From Flavobacteriales bacterium (lineage in GTDB: Bacteria > Bacteroidota > Bacteroidia > Flavobacteriales > BACL11): a stretch of DNA of 40,113 bases. The position numbers and the translations under genes are program-made. Of the stretch, positions 1-8,433 are shown piece after piece (within the stretch, counting starts at the first letter, position 1; each line of letters opens with the position of its first letter). Where the stretch lies: positions 1-40,113 of the forward strand of contig DUAL01000074.1 of assembly GCA_012960835.1 (NCBI GenBank), written 5' to 3'. The notes under the pieces are model-generated. The model had not been told where the DNA came from, made no database searches, and saw nothing but the letters and a program-made list of their open reading frames with translations.

Positions 1-1
1 A

Positions 2-556
2 CCTATTTCAGAGATCGACAGAACTATGCGCTCGAATGCAAAATCAGTAAATTTTGGAATTATTTATGGCATTTCTGCTTTCGGTCTCTCCCAAAACATT
101 GGTATAAGTAGAACAGAGGCCAAGAAAATAATTGATGAATATTTTCAAGAGTTTCCCAAAGTAAATGAGTATATGGATTTCTCGATTGAAAAGGCAAGAG
201 AAAACGAATTTGTAGAAACCATTTTAGGAAGAAGAAGGTATTTAAAGGACATTAATTCAAGAAATGGGATGCTAAGAGCAATGGCTGAGAGAAATGCAAT
301 AAACGCCCCAATTCAAGGTTCAGCTGCCGATATAATAAAAAAAGCAATGATTGATATTCAAAGGGAAATGGAGAAAATACAAATGAAATCCAAAATGTTA
401 TTGCAAGTACATGATGAACTTGTTTTTGATATGCACAAAACGGAAGAAGAGGTGCTTAAAAAACTAGTAAAGAAAAATATGGAACAAGCAGTTCAATTGA
501 GAGCCCCTCTTATTGTTGATTTAGGGGAAGGAAATAATTGGTTAGAGGCGCACTAA
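2..556 (+). CDS. polA: DNA polymerase I, C-terminal fragment (5' end outside window)
   Basis: The frame is open from base 2; the track ORF 26..556 only begins at the first in-frame ATG. Carries family-A polymerase motif B (RSNAKSVNFGIIYG) and motif C (LQVHDELVF). TAA stop at 554-556. Confidence 0.93.
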   Translation, partial: PISEIDRTMRSNAKSVNFGIIYGISAFGLSQNIGISRTEAKKIIDEYFQEFPKVNEYMDFSIEKARENEFVETILGRRRYLKDINSRNGMLRAMAERNAINAPIQGSAADIIKKAMIDIQREMEKIQMKSKMLLQVHDELVFDMHKTEEEVLKKLVKKNMEQAVQLRAPLIVDLGEGNNWLEAH

Positions 557-561
557 AAAAG

Positions 562-777
562 CTATTTTCTATTTTGTATAAATAAACTATACATTGCAAC
601 CAACGCAATAACTCCAACAAAAGAACTTCCTGCATCTTGGATGTTTCCAACAGGATCCCATCCCAAAATCTTATCATCAATCAGAAGTTGCACAATAATA
701 CCCAAACAAAGAAAATAAAGTGAGAGCGTGATTCCCTTTTTTAGTAAGTCTAGAATTTGCTTAAAAAGTTTTTCCAT
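562..777 (-). CDS. small two-TM membrane protein, 71 aa, unknown function
   Basis: The track ORF 562..831 starts at TTG. I prefer ATG 777 (MEKLFKQ...) because a canonical promoter lies inside the TTG extension. Two hydrophobic helices (ITLSLYFLCLGIIVQLL; SSFVGVIALVAMYSLF). No family recognised. Confidence 0.55.
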   Translation of the reverse strand: MEKLFKQILDLLKKGITLSLYFLCLGIIVQLLIDDKILGWDPVGNIQDAGSSFVGVIALVAMYSLFIQNRK

Positions 778-801
778 AATCTGTGTCTTATAAATATTTT
801 C

Positions 802-832
802 CAAACTTAAACTATAATTACGAGTTAACAAA
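802..832 (-). promoter_or_regulatory. putative Bacteroidota-type promoter: -33 TTTG, 19-nt spacer, -7 TAAGTTTG
   Basis: Minus strand reads TTTG-TTAACTCGTAATTATAGTT-TAAGTTTG. The box ends 24 nt upstream of ATG 777. Confidence 0.5.
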
Positions 833-845
833 ATTTGTTGTTAAA

Positions 846-882
846 ATAAAATAGCCCTACTCGATATGTAGGGCTATTTTAT
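846..882 (-). terminator. rho-independent terminator, perfect 15-bp inverted repeat (could act in both directions)
   Basis: ATAAAATAGCCCTAC (846-860), 7-nt loop TCGATAT, GTAGGGCTATTTTAT (868-882). A/T tracts flank both arms. Lies about 21 nt after the stop of the 904..1128 gene. Confidence 0.85.
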
Positions 883-903
883 TTATTTAACTAAAAATCT
901 AAT

Positions 904-1128
904 CTACCCACGTAATAGTCCAAATAGAACGCAAATTCCAACAAGTCCTGCAAAACCAGAACCTCCCAGACTATTAAGTATATTCATCACATTGTCAATA
1001 ACAGTGATTCCAAACATTGCGCCTCCTCCAAAAAGGATTTCAACTGCAACACCAAGACCCAACACAGTCATAATAAGACCAGTCAAACCTTTAAAAAAAC
1101 CGTTAAAGTACTTAAATACATTGTCCAT
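904..1128 (-). CDS. small glycine-rich two-TM membrane protein, 74 aa (86 aa if ATG 1164 is used)
   Basis: ORF 904..1164. The internal ATG 1128 gives MDNVFKYF..., which parallels the MEKLFKQ... start and length of the neighbouring 71-aa protein. The only TAnnTTTG box upstream overlaps ATG 1164. Hydrophobic and Gly-rich (LGLGVAVEILFGGGAMFG; GGSGFAGLVGICVLFG). Confidence 0.55.
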   Translation of the reverse strand: MDNVFKYFNGFFKGLTGLIMTVLGLGVAVEILFGGGAMFGITVIDNVMNILNSLGGSGFAGLVGICVLFGLLRG

Positions 1129-1157
1129 AATTAAAAATTTTTTGGTTAATACTACCC

Positions 1158-1165
1158 CAAACATA
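1158..1165 (-). promoter_or_regulatory. possible -7 box TATGTTTG for the 904..1128 gene
   Basis: Only exact TAnnTTTG on the minus strand between 1129 and 1426. It lies 29 nt upstream of ATG 1128. No -33 TTG at the expected spacing. Confidence 0.3.
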
Positions 1166-1409
1166 AAGGATATATTGCTTGTTGAGCTGTTTTTGTGAGA
1201 TTTTTCTATTATTTGCGCTTTTTCGTCCTTTATTCATATTACTAAAAGCAGTAGATATTTAAAAACTCAAAAATCAGATAGGTAGAGATAATAAAGGTGA
1301 AAATAAGGATAAAAATTACATCCCCTTTTTAACATTTTATTGTTAAAAATAGCAAGTATCTGTAAATAGTTGATAATCAGCAGAAAAAAGATAAATATGG
1401 CTAAATATG

Positions 1410-1425
1410 GGCTTTTTTTAAAGCC
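1410..1425 (-). terminator. weak candidate hairpin directly after the SDR gene
   Basis: GGCTTT (1410-1415), TTTT loop, AAAGCC (1420-1425), starting 1 nt after the SDR stop. Short stem and no clean U-tract on the minus strand. Confidence 0.25.
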
Positions 1426-1426
1426 A

Positions 1427-2131
1427 TTATTTAAAATCTCTTAAATTCAGAATAATTTCATCAAAATCGTTCTTTTTTGCAATAATTTGGAGTATTCTGA
1501 ATACAACAGATTTGACGGAAAACAGTTCCTGATTGGCGTAATAATCCATAAATTTTTGATGTAATGGGAAGAACTCCGAATCAGATTTCCTTATTTCCTT
1601 TTGCATATTAGTATCTACTACTCCTGGATGAATTGAAAATACTTGTAAATTTTTATGCTTTTCTTCTGCAATAACCTGGATTAGCATATCTAGTGCAGAT
1701 TTAGTAGCGCAATAAGTACTCCAAGAAGAAATTGGACTATTTGCCGCTCCTGATCCTATATTTATAAGTAGTTTGATATTGTCAGCATAGGCATTAATGA
1801 ATTTTCTACTGAGTAGAGTAGGACTAATAATATTTAGATTGTATTCCCCAATAATCTCCTTTTCAGATTTTTTATCAATTGGAAGAATGCTACCGATAGT
1901 TGCGGCATTATTTACAAGTAGTACTTCAGTAGTTGCTTTAAGTTTTGGAAATTTAATTCTTTGCACTTCTTCCAAATCACTTAAATCAATTTTAGTGAAA
2001 GTAAAGTTAGCATGCTTAATTTGATTAGTTCTAGAATAACCAAACACTAAATATTTTTCACTTAGCAGTAGTTTGGCCAATGCTTTCCCAATACCACTTC
2101 CTGTACCCGTTATCAGTGCTACTTTTTGCAA
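1427..2131 (-). CDS. short-chain dehydrogenase/reductase (classical SDR)
   Basis: N-terminal TGTGSGIG dinucleotide-binding motif and catalytic YCATK (YxxxK). 234 aa. Abuts the upstream PLP enzyme gene with zero gap. Confidence 0.85.
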   Translation of the reverse strand: MQKVALITGTGSGIGKALAKLLLSEKYLVFGYSRTNQIKHANFTFTKIDLSDLEEVQRIKFPKLKATTEVLLVNNAATIGSILPIDKKSEKEIIGEYNLNIISPTLLSRKFINAYADNIKLLINIGSGAANSPISSWSTYCATKSALDMLIQVIAEEKHKNLQVFSIHPGVVDTNMQKEIRKSDSEFFPLHQKFMDYYANQELFSVKSVVFRILQIIAKKNDFDEIILNLRDFK

Positions 2132-3277
2132 TTATAGTTTATTAAGGGCATTTTCTAAATCAGCAACTAGGTCTTCAATATCTTCAACTCCTACACTTAA
2201 TCTGATTAAAGAATCCACTACTCCTGTTTTTTCTCTTTCATCTTTTGGAATTGCGGCATGTGTCATGCTTGCTGGGTGCCCTATTAAAGATTCCACACCT
2301 CCCAAACTTTCAGCTAAAGTAAAATAATGAGTGGTTGAAACAACCTTAATAGCATCTTCTAATTTGTTCCCTTTTAAGTTAAAGGATACCATCCCTCCAA
2401 AATCATCCATTTGTTTTTTAGCTACTTCATGGTTGGGGTAGGTTTCAAATCCTGGCCAATATACCTCCCCAACTTTTGGATGGTTTTTTAAGAAGTTGGC
2501 AATTACTTTTCCGTTTTCGCAATGCCTTTGCATTCTAAGGTGTAAAGTTTTTATTCCTCTGAGCACCAAGAAAGAATCCATTGGACCAGGAACGGCTCCA
2601 CAAGAATTTTGAATTGTGTATAATCTTTCGGCTAAGGCTTCATCCTTACAAATTACTGCCCCCATTACTACATCCGAATGACCACCCATGTATTTGGTAA
2701 GTGAATGCATTATAATATCAGCTCCTAAATCTAAAGGTCTTTGCAAGTATGGAGTCGCAAAAGTATTGTCCACCACAAAAAGCAGTTTATGCTTTTTTGA
2801 AATTTGTCCTAATTTTTCAATATCTATAATATTGAGCATTGGGTTGGTTGGGGTTTCCGCCCAAAGCATTTTGGTATTTTTAGTTATTAAGGCTTCAGTT
2901 TTATCTGCATCATCCATTCCAATAAAATGAAATTTGATACCATAATTTTCAAAAATTTGGGTAAAAATTCTATACGTTCCACCGTATAAATCATTGGTTG
3001 AAATAACTTCATCACCAGGAGATAATAACTTAATAATAGCATCAATTGCACTCATTCCACTCCCAAAGCAAAGCCCATATTTTCCATTTTCCAAAGCTGC
3101 TAAATTTTCCTCCAAAACATTTCGGGTGGGATTTCCAGTTCTGGAATATTCATATCCTTTATGATCGCCAGGAGAGGCTTGAATATAAGTTGAGGTTTGG
3201 TAGATTGGCGTCATGATTGCCCCAGTAGTTGGGTCGGCCTCTTGGCCTGCATGTATAGTTTTTGTTCCGAATTTCAT
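2132..3277 (-). CDS. Cys/Met-metabolism PLP-dependent enzyme (cystathionine gamma-lyase / gamma-synthase / beta-lyase family)
   Basis: 381 aa. N-terminus KTIHAGQEADPTTGAIMTPIYQTSTY and PLP-lysine motif HSLTKYMGGHSD are typical of the family. The exact reaction cannot be assigned from sequence alone. Confidence 0.88.
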   Translation of the reverse strand: MKFGTKTIHAGQEADPTTGAIMTPIYQTSTYIQASPGDHKGYEYSRTGNPTRNVLEENLAALENGKYGLCFGSGMSAIDAIIKLLSPGDEVISTNDLYGGTYRIFTQIFENYGIKFHFIGMDDADKTEALITKNTKMLWAETPTNPMLNIIDIEKLGQISKKHKLLFVVDNTFATPYLQRPLDLGADIIMHSLTKYMGGHSDVVMGAVICKDEALAERLYTIQNSCGAVPGPMDSFLVLRGIKTLHLRMQRHCENGKVIANFLKNHPKVGEVYWPGFETYPNHEVAKKQMDDFGGMVSFNLKGNKLEDAIKVVSTTHYFTLAESLGGVESLIGHPASMTHAAIPKDEREKTGVVDSLIRLSVGVEDIEDLVADLENALNKL

Positions 3278-3305
3278 TTTAATTTATCATTTGATTTATA
3301 CAGAG

Positions 3306-3313
3306 CAAATCTA
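3306..3313 (-). promoter_or_regulatory. putative -7 box TAGATTTG for the PLP-enzyme/SDR operon
   Basis: Plus strand CAAATCTA, 28 nt upstream of ATG 3277. Confidence 0.4.
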
Positions 3314-3336
3314 TCAAAATTTGAAGAATTTAATTT

Positions 3337-3344
3337 TACTTTTG
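3337..3344 (+). promoter_or_regulatory. putative -7 box TACTTTTG for the EamA transporter gene
   Basis: 16 nt upstream of the TTG start at 3361. Confidence 0.4.
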
Positions 3345-3360
3345 TCATAAAATATCTCTT

Positions 3361-4266
3361 TTGAATAAAACACTTTTAGCCCATCTTTCACTCCTAGTAG
3401 CAAATTTAATTTATGCTATAAACTACACTTTCGCTAAAGATGTAATGCCTATCTATATAGAGCCTTCTGGCTTTATATTACTAAGAGTAATAGGGGCATT
3501 ATGTTTATTTGCAATTGCTTATTTTGTATTTGTAAAAGAAAAAGTAGAGCGAAAAGATATTCTAAAGTTTGCTATTTGTGGTGTTTTTGGAGTGGCCATT
3601 AATCAATTGTTATTTTTTGAAGGATTGAATTTAACCACTCCTATAAATGCAGCAATCATCATGACTTCAAATCCTATTTTGGTTATGATTATGTCTTTTT
3701 TAATTATTAAAGAAAAGATAACTTTCAGAAAAGGATTGGGGATATTACTTGGAATAATAGGGGCTTCTGCCTTAATTTTAAATGGAGGTGATATAAGTTT
3801 AGACACCAACATGCAATTAGGTAATTTATTTGTTCTTATCAATGCGACAAGTTATGGTCTGTATTTAGTGATTGTAAAACCTATGATGGTAAAATACGAT
3901 CCAATTACTGTAATGTTTTATGTATTTTCATTCGGACTACTCTATGTAATCCCATTTGGTTTTTCCAATTTAGCAGTTGTCAATTGGAGTATTATCCCCA
4001 CTACTATTTATTGGGAAATTGCTTTTGTGGTAATTTGCACTACTTTTATTGCCTATTTATTTAATTCTTCTGCCCTAAAACAACTCAATCCCTCAACAGT
4101 GAGTATTTATATTTATTTACAGCCGATATTGGCAACATTATTTGCTATTTTCAGAGAGAGCGACACCTTAGATGAAACAAAAATTATAGCTTCAATTATT
4201 ATATTTACAGGCGTATATTTAGTAAGTGTTCGCTCCTTAAAGGCAAGAAAGCAGAAACTTTCCTAA
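3361..4266 (+). CDS. EamA/DMT-family transporter (10-TM drug/metabolite exporter type)
   Basis: 301 aa, highly hydrophobic, with a two-repeat EamA-like organisation. TTG start; the next in-frame Met would remove the first helix. Confidence 0.8.
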   Translation: MNKTLLAHLSLLVANLIYAINYTFAKDVMPIYIEPSGFILLRVIGALCLFAIAYFVFVKEKVERKDILKFAICGVFGVAINQLLFFEGLNLTTPINAAIIMTSNPILVMIMSFLIIKEKITFRKGLGILLGIIGASALILNGGDISLDTNMQLGNLFVLINATSYGLYLVIVKPMMVKYDPITVMFYVFSFGLLYVIPFGFSNLAVVNWSIIPTTIYWEIAFVVICTTFIAYLFNSSALKQLNPSTVSIYIYLQPILATLFAIFRESDTLDETKIIASIIIFTGVYLVSVRSLKARKQKLS

Positions 4267-4271
4267 ATTTG
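4264..4271 (+). promoter_or_regulatory. putative -7 box TAAATTTG for the yicC-gmk-nadD-lipoprotein unit
   Basis: Overlaps the EamA stop codon and lies 15 nt upstream of ATG 4287. Confidence 0.4.
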
Positions 4272-4286
4272 TAAAAATTTTATAAA

Positions 4287-5192
4287 ATGATTCAATCAAT
4301 GACGGGCTATGGAAAAGCCGAACTAAATTTAACAAATGCTAATTTTACTATTGAAGTAAAATCGCTTAACTCCAAACAAATAGACGCCAGTGTAAAGATG
4401 TCATCTGTTTATAGAGATAAAGAAATAGGACTTAGAAAATTGCTTTCTGAAAAATTACAAAGAGGAAAAATTGAACTTTCTATTTGGAGGGAAAAGTCAG
4501 AATCATCTTCTAATTACAAGATAAATACTGCAGTAATAAAAGGATATCATCATCAAATATTACAATTGAAAAAGGATTTGGGATTAAAATGGAATATGTG
4601 GACTTTGACTCCATTTAAAGCTGAATCCACTGATATTATCCCCGCTTTATTAAAGATGCCTGATGTACTTACAAAAGGAGAGGAAAAATCGGATGATAAT
4701 GAATGGGAAGAAATTGCTAAGGGAGTAAATACTGCAATTGATAATTTATTGCAATTTCGAATGGATGAGGGAAAGAAATTGGAAGAAGATATTACCTCAA
4801 GAATTAATACTTTGGCTAGATTGTTAACGGAAATTGCTCCTTTTGCAAAACAAAGAATTGAAAAGGTGAAAAAAAGTTTGGCGGATAAATTAGCCGAGAT
4901 TGACACTAAGAATATTGATGAGAACAGATTTGAGCAAGAACTCATCTACTATTTAGAAAAACAAGATATAACAGAAGAACAGGTCAGGCTAGATGCACAC
5001 CTTAATTATTTTACCAAAACCATGAATAGCGCATCCCCTAATGGAAAAAAATTAGGATTTATAGCACAAGAAATTGGCAGAGAAATAAATACTATTGGCT
5101 CCAAATCATCAGATGCAGAAATGCAGAAACTTGTAGTACAGATGAAAGATGAACTAGAGAAAATTAAGGAGCAACTCTTAAACATCTTATAG
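4287..5192 (+). CDS. yicC: YicC-family stress-induced protein
   Basis: The MIQSMTGYGKAE N-terminus and the charged coiled middle region are typical of YicC/DUF1732. 301 aa. Confidence 0.85.
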   Translation: MIQSMTGYGKAELNLTNANFTIEVKSLNSKQIDASVKMSSVYRDKEIGLRKLLSEKLQRGKIELSIWREKSESSSNYKINTAVIKGYHHQILQLKKDLGLKWNMWTLTPFKAESTDIIPALLKMPDVLTKGEEKSDDNEWEEIAKGVNTAIDNLLQFRMDEGKKLEEDITSRINTLARLLTEIAPFAKQRIEKVKKSLADKLAEIDTKNIDENRFEQELIYYLEKQDITEEQVRLDAHLNYFTKTMNSASPNGKKLGFIAQEIGREINTIGSKSSDAEMQKLVVQMKDELEKIKEQLLNIL

Positions 5193-5752
5193 TGGGAAAG
5201 CTCATTGTAATATCAGCTCCATCAGGGGCAGGGAAAACTTCCATAGTTCATTTTTTGTTAGGAAAAACGGATGTACTTTCTTTTTCCGTTTCGGCTTGTA
5301 GCAGAGCAAGAAGGGACAATGAAACAGACGGCATAGATTATCATTTTTTAACAGTAGATGAATTTCAAAAAGAGATAAAAGAGGATTCCTTTTTAGAGTG
5401 GGAAGAGGTGTACAAAAATCAGTATTATGGCACCTTAAAATCAGAAGTGGAAAGAATTTGGAAGGAAGGGAAAACAGTAATTTTTGATGTGGATGTAGTG
5501 GGAGGACTCAACATAAAAAAGCAATACCAAAAAGAATGTTTGTCTATTTTTATCATGCCGCCATCCCTTGCAGTTTTGGAAGAAAGATTACAAAAAAGAG
5601 GTTCAGAATCTAAAGAATCATTACAGAAAAGAGTAGCAAAAGCAAAGGAAGAAATTGCAAAAAGAATGGAATTTGATCAAGTGATTTTAAATGATGATTT
5701 TGAAGTGGCCTGCATGGAAACCATGGAAGTAATCCAAAAATTTATCGAATGA
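5192..5752 (+). CDS. gmk: guanylate kinase
   Basis: P-loop SAPSGAGKTS, 186 aa. The GTG start shares one base with the yicC TAG stop. Confidence 0.9.
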   Translation: MGKLIVISAPSGAGKTSIVHFLLGKTDVLSFSVSACSRARRDNETDGIDYHFLTVDEFQKEIKEDSFLEWEEVYKNQYYGTLKSEVERIWKEGKTVIFDVDVVGGLNIKKQYQKECLSIFIMPPSLAVLEERLQKRGSESKESLQKRVAKAKEEIAKRMEFDQVILNDDFEVACMETMEVIQKFIE

Positions 5753-6321
5753 AAATAGGACTATTTTTTGGCTCCTTTAACCCTATGCATATTGGGCATA
5801 AAGTAATTGCTTCTTATATGGCAGAGTTTTCAGATTTGGAAAAAGTTTGCTTTGTTGTATCTCCTCAAAACCCACTTAAACAAAAGCAAAGCTTATTGGA
5901 TCAGTACCACCGCTTGATGATTATAAGAATGGAAGTAGAGGACAATCCGAAATTACAAGTTTCAGACATTGAATTTAAAATGCCACAACCTTCTTATACC
6001 ATTGATACTTTGGTGCGTTTGAAAGAAGAACATCCTGAAAATGAGTATGCACTTATAATGGGTGCCGATAATTTGCAGAATTTCCATAAGTGGAAAAATT
6101 ACAAACAGATTTTAGCTGACTATTCCGTTTATGTATATCCTAGGCCAGGCATTGAAATAAGCGGAACACATGAAAATATTCAAATAGTAAAAGGAGTTCC
6201 TCAAATGGAAATCTCCGCGTCCTTTATTAGAAACGCTATAAAGCAGGGACAAGATGTTTCTTATTTGATGCCAGAAAAAGCATGGAAATATATTGATGAA
6301 ATGAATTTTTATAAAAAATAA
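5749..6321 (+). CDS. nadD: nicotinate-nucleotide adenylyltransferase
   Basis: GSFNPMHIGH nucleotidyltransferase motif, 190 aa. ATGA overlap with gmk. Confidence 0.9.
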   Translation: MKIGLFFGSFNPMHIGHKVIASYMAEFSDLEKVCFVVSPQNPLKQKQSLLDQYHRLMIIRMEVEDNPKLQVSDIEFKMPQPSYTIDTLVRLKEEHPENEYALIMGADNLQNFHKWKNYKQILADYSVYVYPRPGIEISGTHENIQIVKGVPQMEISASFIRNAIKQGQDVSYLMPEKAWKYIDEMNFYKK

Positions 6322-6323
6322 AT

Positions 6324-6827
6324 ATGCTAAAAAAGATATTTTTATCAAGCATTATTTTTTCTTTTTTTTCTTGTAGCTATATTAGAACTAAGCATATTAC
6401 AAAGGAAAAAGAGTGGCATGATTATCTTCCTGCTACAACACCTATTAATGTCACTATTGATGCTGTTATTGAGGACGCCAAGAATACATCTATGTCCAAT
6501 ACTTTAGAGATAGGAGAATCATGGACAGATCCTAATGGACAAGAATGGATTCAAAGAAATGGTTATAAAATAATGATTGCTAATCAGGCTTATACAGGTT
6601 GGTGGATATATGGAGAAGGACAACATATTTTTAAAGATGAACAAACTTTGGGAGAATGGGAGCTTACTTTCCCTAATGAAAATATGCAAGAGTTGGTTGA
6701 ACTTTATTTGGCAGTATGCGAAATGGAATATTTCCCTATGGAATGCAATATGATTGGACATTTAAATAACGACACCCTAAAAGTTATTGACTTTGAAATT
6801 ACCTATATACAGGGATGTGGGGAGTAG
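6324..6827 (+). CDS. lipoprotein, unknown function
   Basis: Signal peptide with lipobox (IIFSFFSC). 167 aa, Trp-rich, with three further Cys. No family recognised. Starts 2 nt after the nadD stop. Confidence 0.65.
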   Translation: MLKKIFLSSIIFSFFSCSYIRTKHITKEKEWHDYLPATTPINVTIDAVIEDAKNTSMSNTLEIGESWTDPNGQEWIQRNGYKIMIANQAYTGWWIYGEGQHIFKDEQTLGEWELTFPNENMQELVELYLAVCEMEYFPMECNMIGHLNNDTLKVIDFEITYIQGCGE

Positions 6828-6861
6828 TGAATATTTCTCTGCATTATCCAATCTATTAACC

Positions 6862-6869
6862 TAACTTTG
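6862..6869 (+). promoter_or_regulatory. putative -7 box TAACTTTG for the DEAD-box helicase gene
   Basis: 32 nt upstream of ATG 6902. Confidence 0.4.
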
Positions 6870-6901
6870 CAAAAAATAATTACAAACAAGGAATTCCTTA
6901 T

Positions 6902-8167
6902 ATGAAATTTGAAGATTTAAACTTACACCCAACGTTACTAAAAGCGGTAAAAGACCAAAATTATACTACTCCAACTGAAATTCAAGAACAAGCAATTCCT
7001 TTAATCCTAAAGGATAATGATGTGCTTGGCAGTGCGCAAACTGGAACAGGAAAAACTGCTGCATTTGCCTTACCTATTTTGCATCACTTGATAAACGAAA
7101 AAAGGAATAATAGTAAAACAAAAATAAGAGTTTTGGTAGTTACACCAACTCGTGAACTTGCGATACAGATTGGAGAAAATTTTACAGTTTATTCAAAATA
7201 CACTAACATAAAAAATACCGTAATTTTTGGTGGGGTAAAACAAGCTACTCAAACGAATGCACTTAGTAGAGGAGTAGATATTTTGGTGGCAACTCCTGGG
7301 AGGTTGTTGGACCTTATGGGGCAAGGATTTATATCATTAAAAGATGTTGGTTATTTTGTGTTGGATGAAGCGGATAGAATGTTGGATATGGGCTTTATAC
7401 ATGATATTAAAAAGCTATTGGAAAAATTACCAAACCAAAGGCAATCCTTGTTCTTTTCGGCTACTATGCCCAATAGTATTCTAACACTTTCTAATACTAT
7501 TTTGCGTAACCCAAAAAAGGTAGCAGTACACCAAGTTTCAACTACTGCCGATACTATTCAGCAGTGTATTTACTACACGAATAAAAGTGATAAAAAAGAT
7601 TTGTTATTCCATATTTTAAAGGATAAAAACATCAATCAAATTTTGGTGTTTTCAAGAACCAAACATGGTGCGGATAGGATTGTTCGTAATTTGAAAAAGA
7701 AGCATATTGAGGCAGCTGCAATTCATGGGGATAAAGCCCAGAACCAAAGACAAAGGGCTTTACAATCCTTTAAAAATTTAGAGATTAGAGTATTGGTGGC
7801 TACTGATATTGCGGCAAGAGGAATTGATATTGATAAACTAAGTTATGTGCTTAATTATGATATACCAAACGAGCCAGAAACTTATGTGCACAGGATTGGA
7901 AGATGTGGTAGAGCAGGGGAAGAAGGAGTTTCAATTTCAATTTGTGAGCCAGAAGAAAATGAATACGTTAGAGATATTGAAAAGTTAATCAAGCAGAAAA
8001 TTACAGACGTTAAAGGGCATCCTTTCCCACAAACAGATAAGCCTATGAATGCTAAGGAAAAAAAGGAAGCTGAAAAGGAAAAAAACAGAAAGAAACAAGA
8101 GTTTTTTGCCAACAGAAATAAAAAGAGAAATGCTGGAAAATCAAATCCCAGATATAAGAGGAGGTAA
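6902..8167 (+). CDS. rhlE: DEAD-box ATP-dependent RNA helicase (RhlE-like) with Lys/Arg-rich C-terminal tail
   Basis: Motif I AQTGTGKTAAF, motif II VLDEAD, motif III SAT, motif VI HRIGRCGRAG. Confidence 0.92.
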   Translation: MKFEDLNLHPTLLKAVKDQNYTTPTEIQEQAIPLILKDNDVLGSAQTGTGKTAAFALPILHHLINEKRNNSKTKIRVLVVTPTRELAIQIGENFTVYSKYTNIKNTVIFGGVKQATQTNALSRGVDILVATPGRLLDLMGQGFISLKDVGYFVLDEADRMLDMGFIHDIKKLLEKLPNQRQSLFFSATMPNSILTLSNTILRNPKKVAVHQVSTTADTIQQCIYYTNKSDKKDLLFHILKDKNINQILVFSRTKHGADRIVRNLKKKHIEAAAIHGDKAQNQRQRALQSFKNLEIRVLVATDIAARGIDIDKLSYVLNYDIPNEPETYVHRIGRCGRAGEEGVSISICEPEENEYVRDIEKLIKQKITDVKGHPFPQTDKPMNAKEKKEAEKEKNRKKQEFFANRNKKRNAGKSNPRYKRR

Positions 8168-8173
8168 TTTATA

Positions 8174-8413
8174 ATGAATGATAAAAGTAACAAGGAAAAT
8201 TTTCAAGTCAATAATCCATTACACGGAATAAGGTTAATTGATATCCTTGAATATTTAGTGGATGAATACGGTTGGGAAGATTTGGGATACGAAATCAATA
8301 TCAATTGTTTTACGAATAATCCTTCTATAAAATCGAGCCTGAAGTTTTTAAGAAAAACTAGGTGGGCAAGAGATAAGGTAGAGCGCCTTTACCTGAAAAC
8401 GATTAAGGAGTAA
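8174..8413 (+). CDS. DUF2132 (VF530-like) small protein
   Basis: 79 aa. [25 protein letters not shown]...[15 protein letters not shown] matches my memory of the DUF2132 family. Starts 6 nt after the helicase stop. Confidence 0.7.
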   Translation: MNDKSNKENFQVNNPLHGIRLIDILEYLVDEYGWEDLGYEININCFTNNPSIKSSLKFLRKTRWARDKVERLYLKTIKE

Positions 8414-8433
8414 AATCTAGAATTGACTAAATC

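Noticed and set aside
992-1198. 68-aa plus-strand ORF antisense to the glycine-rich small protein
   Set aside because: Pro/Thr/Ile-rich mirror of a Gly-rich hydrophobic gene. No promoter box or terminator fits it, whereas the minus-strand gene is followed by a strong terminator.
4553-4945. 130-aa antisense ORF inside yicC
   Set aside because: Ser/Phe/Leu-rich composition, typical of the reverse complement of Lys/Glu-rich coding sequence. The yicC frame is well supported.
7882-8193. 103-aa Phe/Leu-rich antisense ORF over the helicase tail
   Set aside because: It is the reverse complement of the Lys/Glu-rich helicase C-terminal tail, so it is a compositional artefact.
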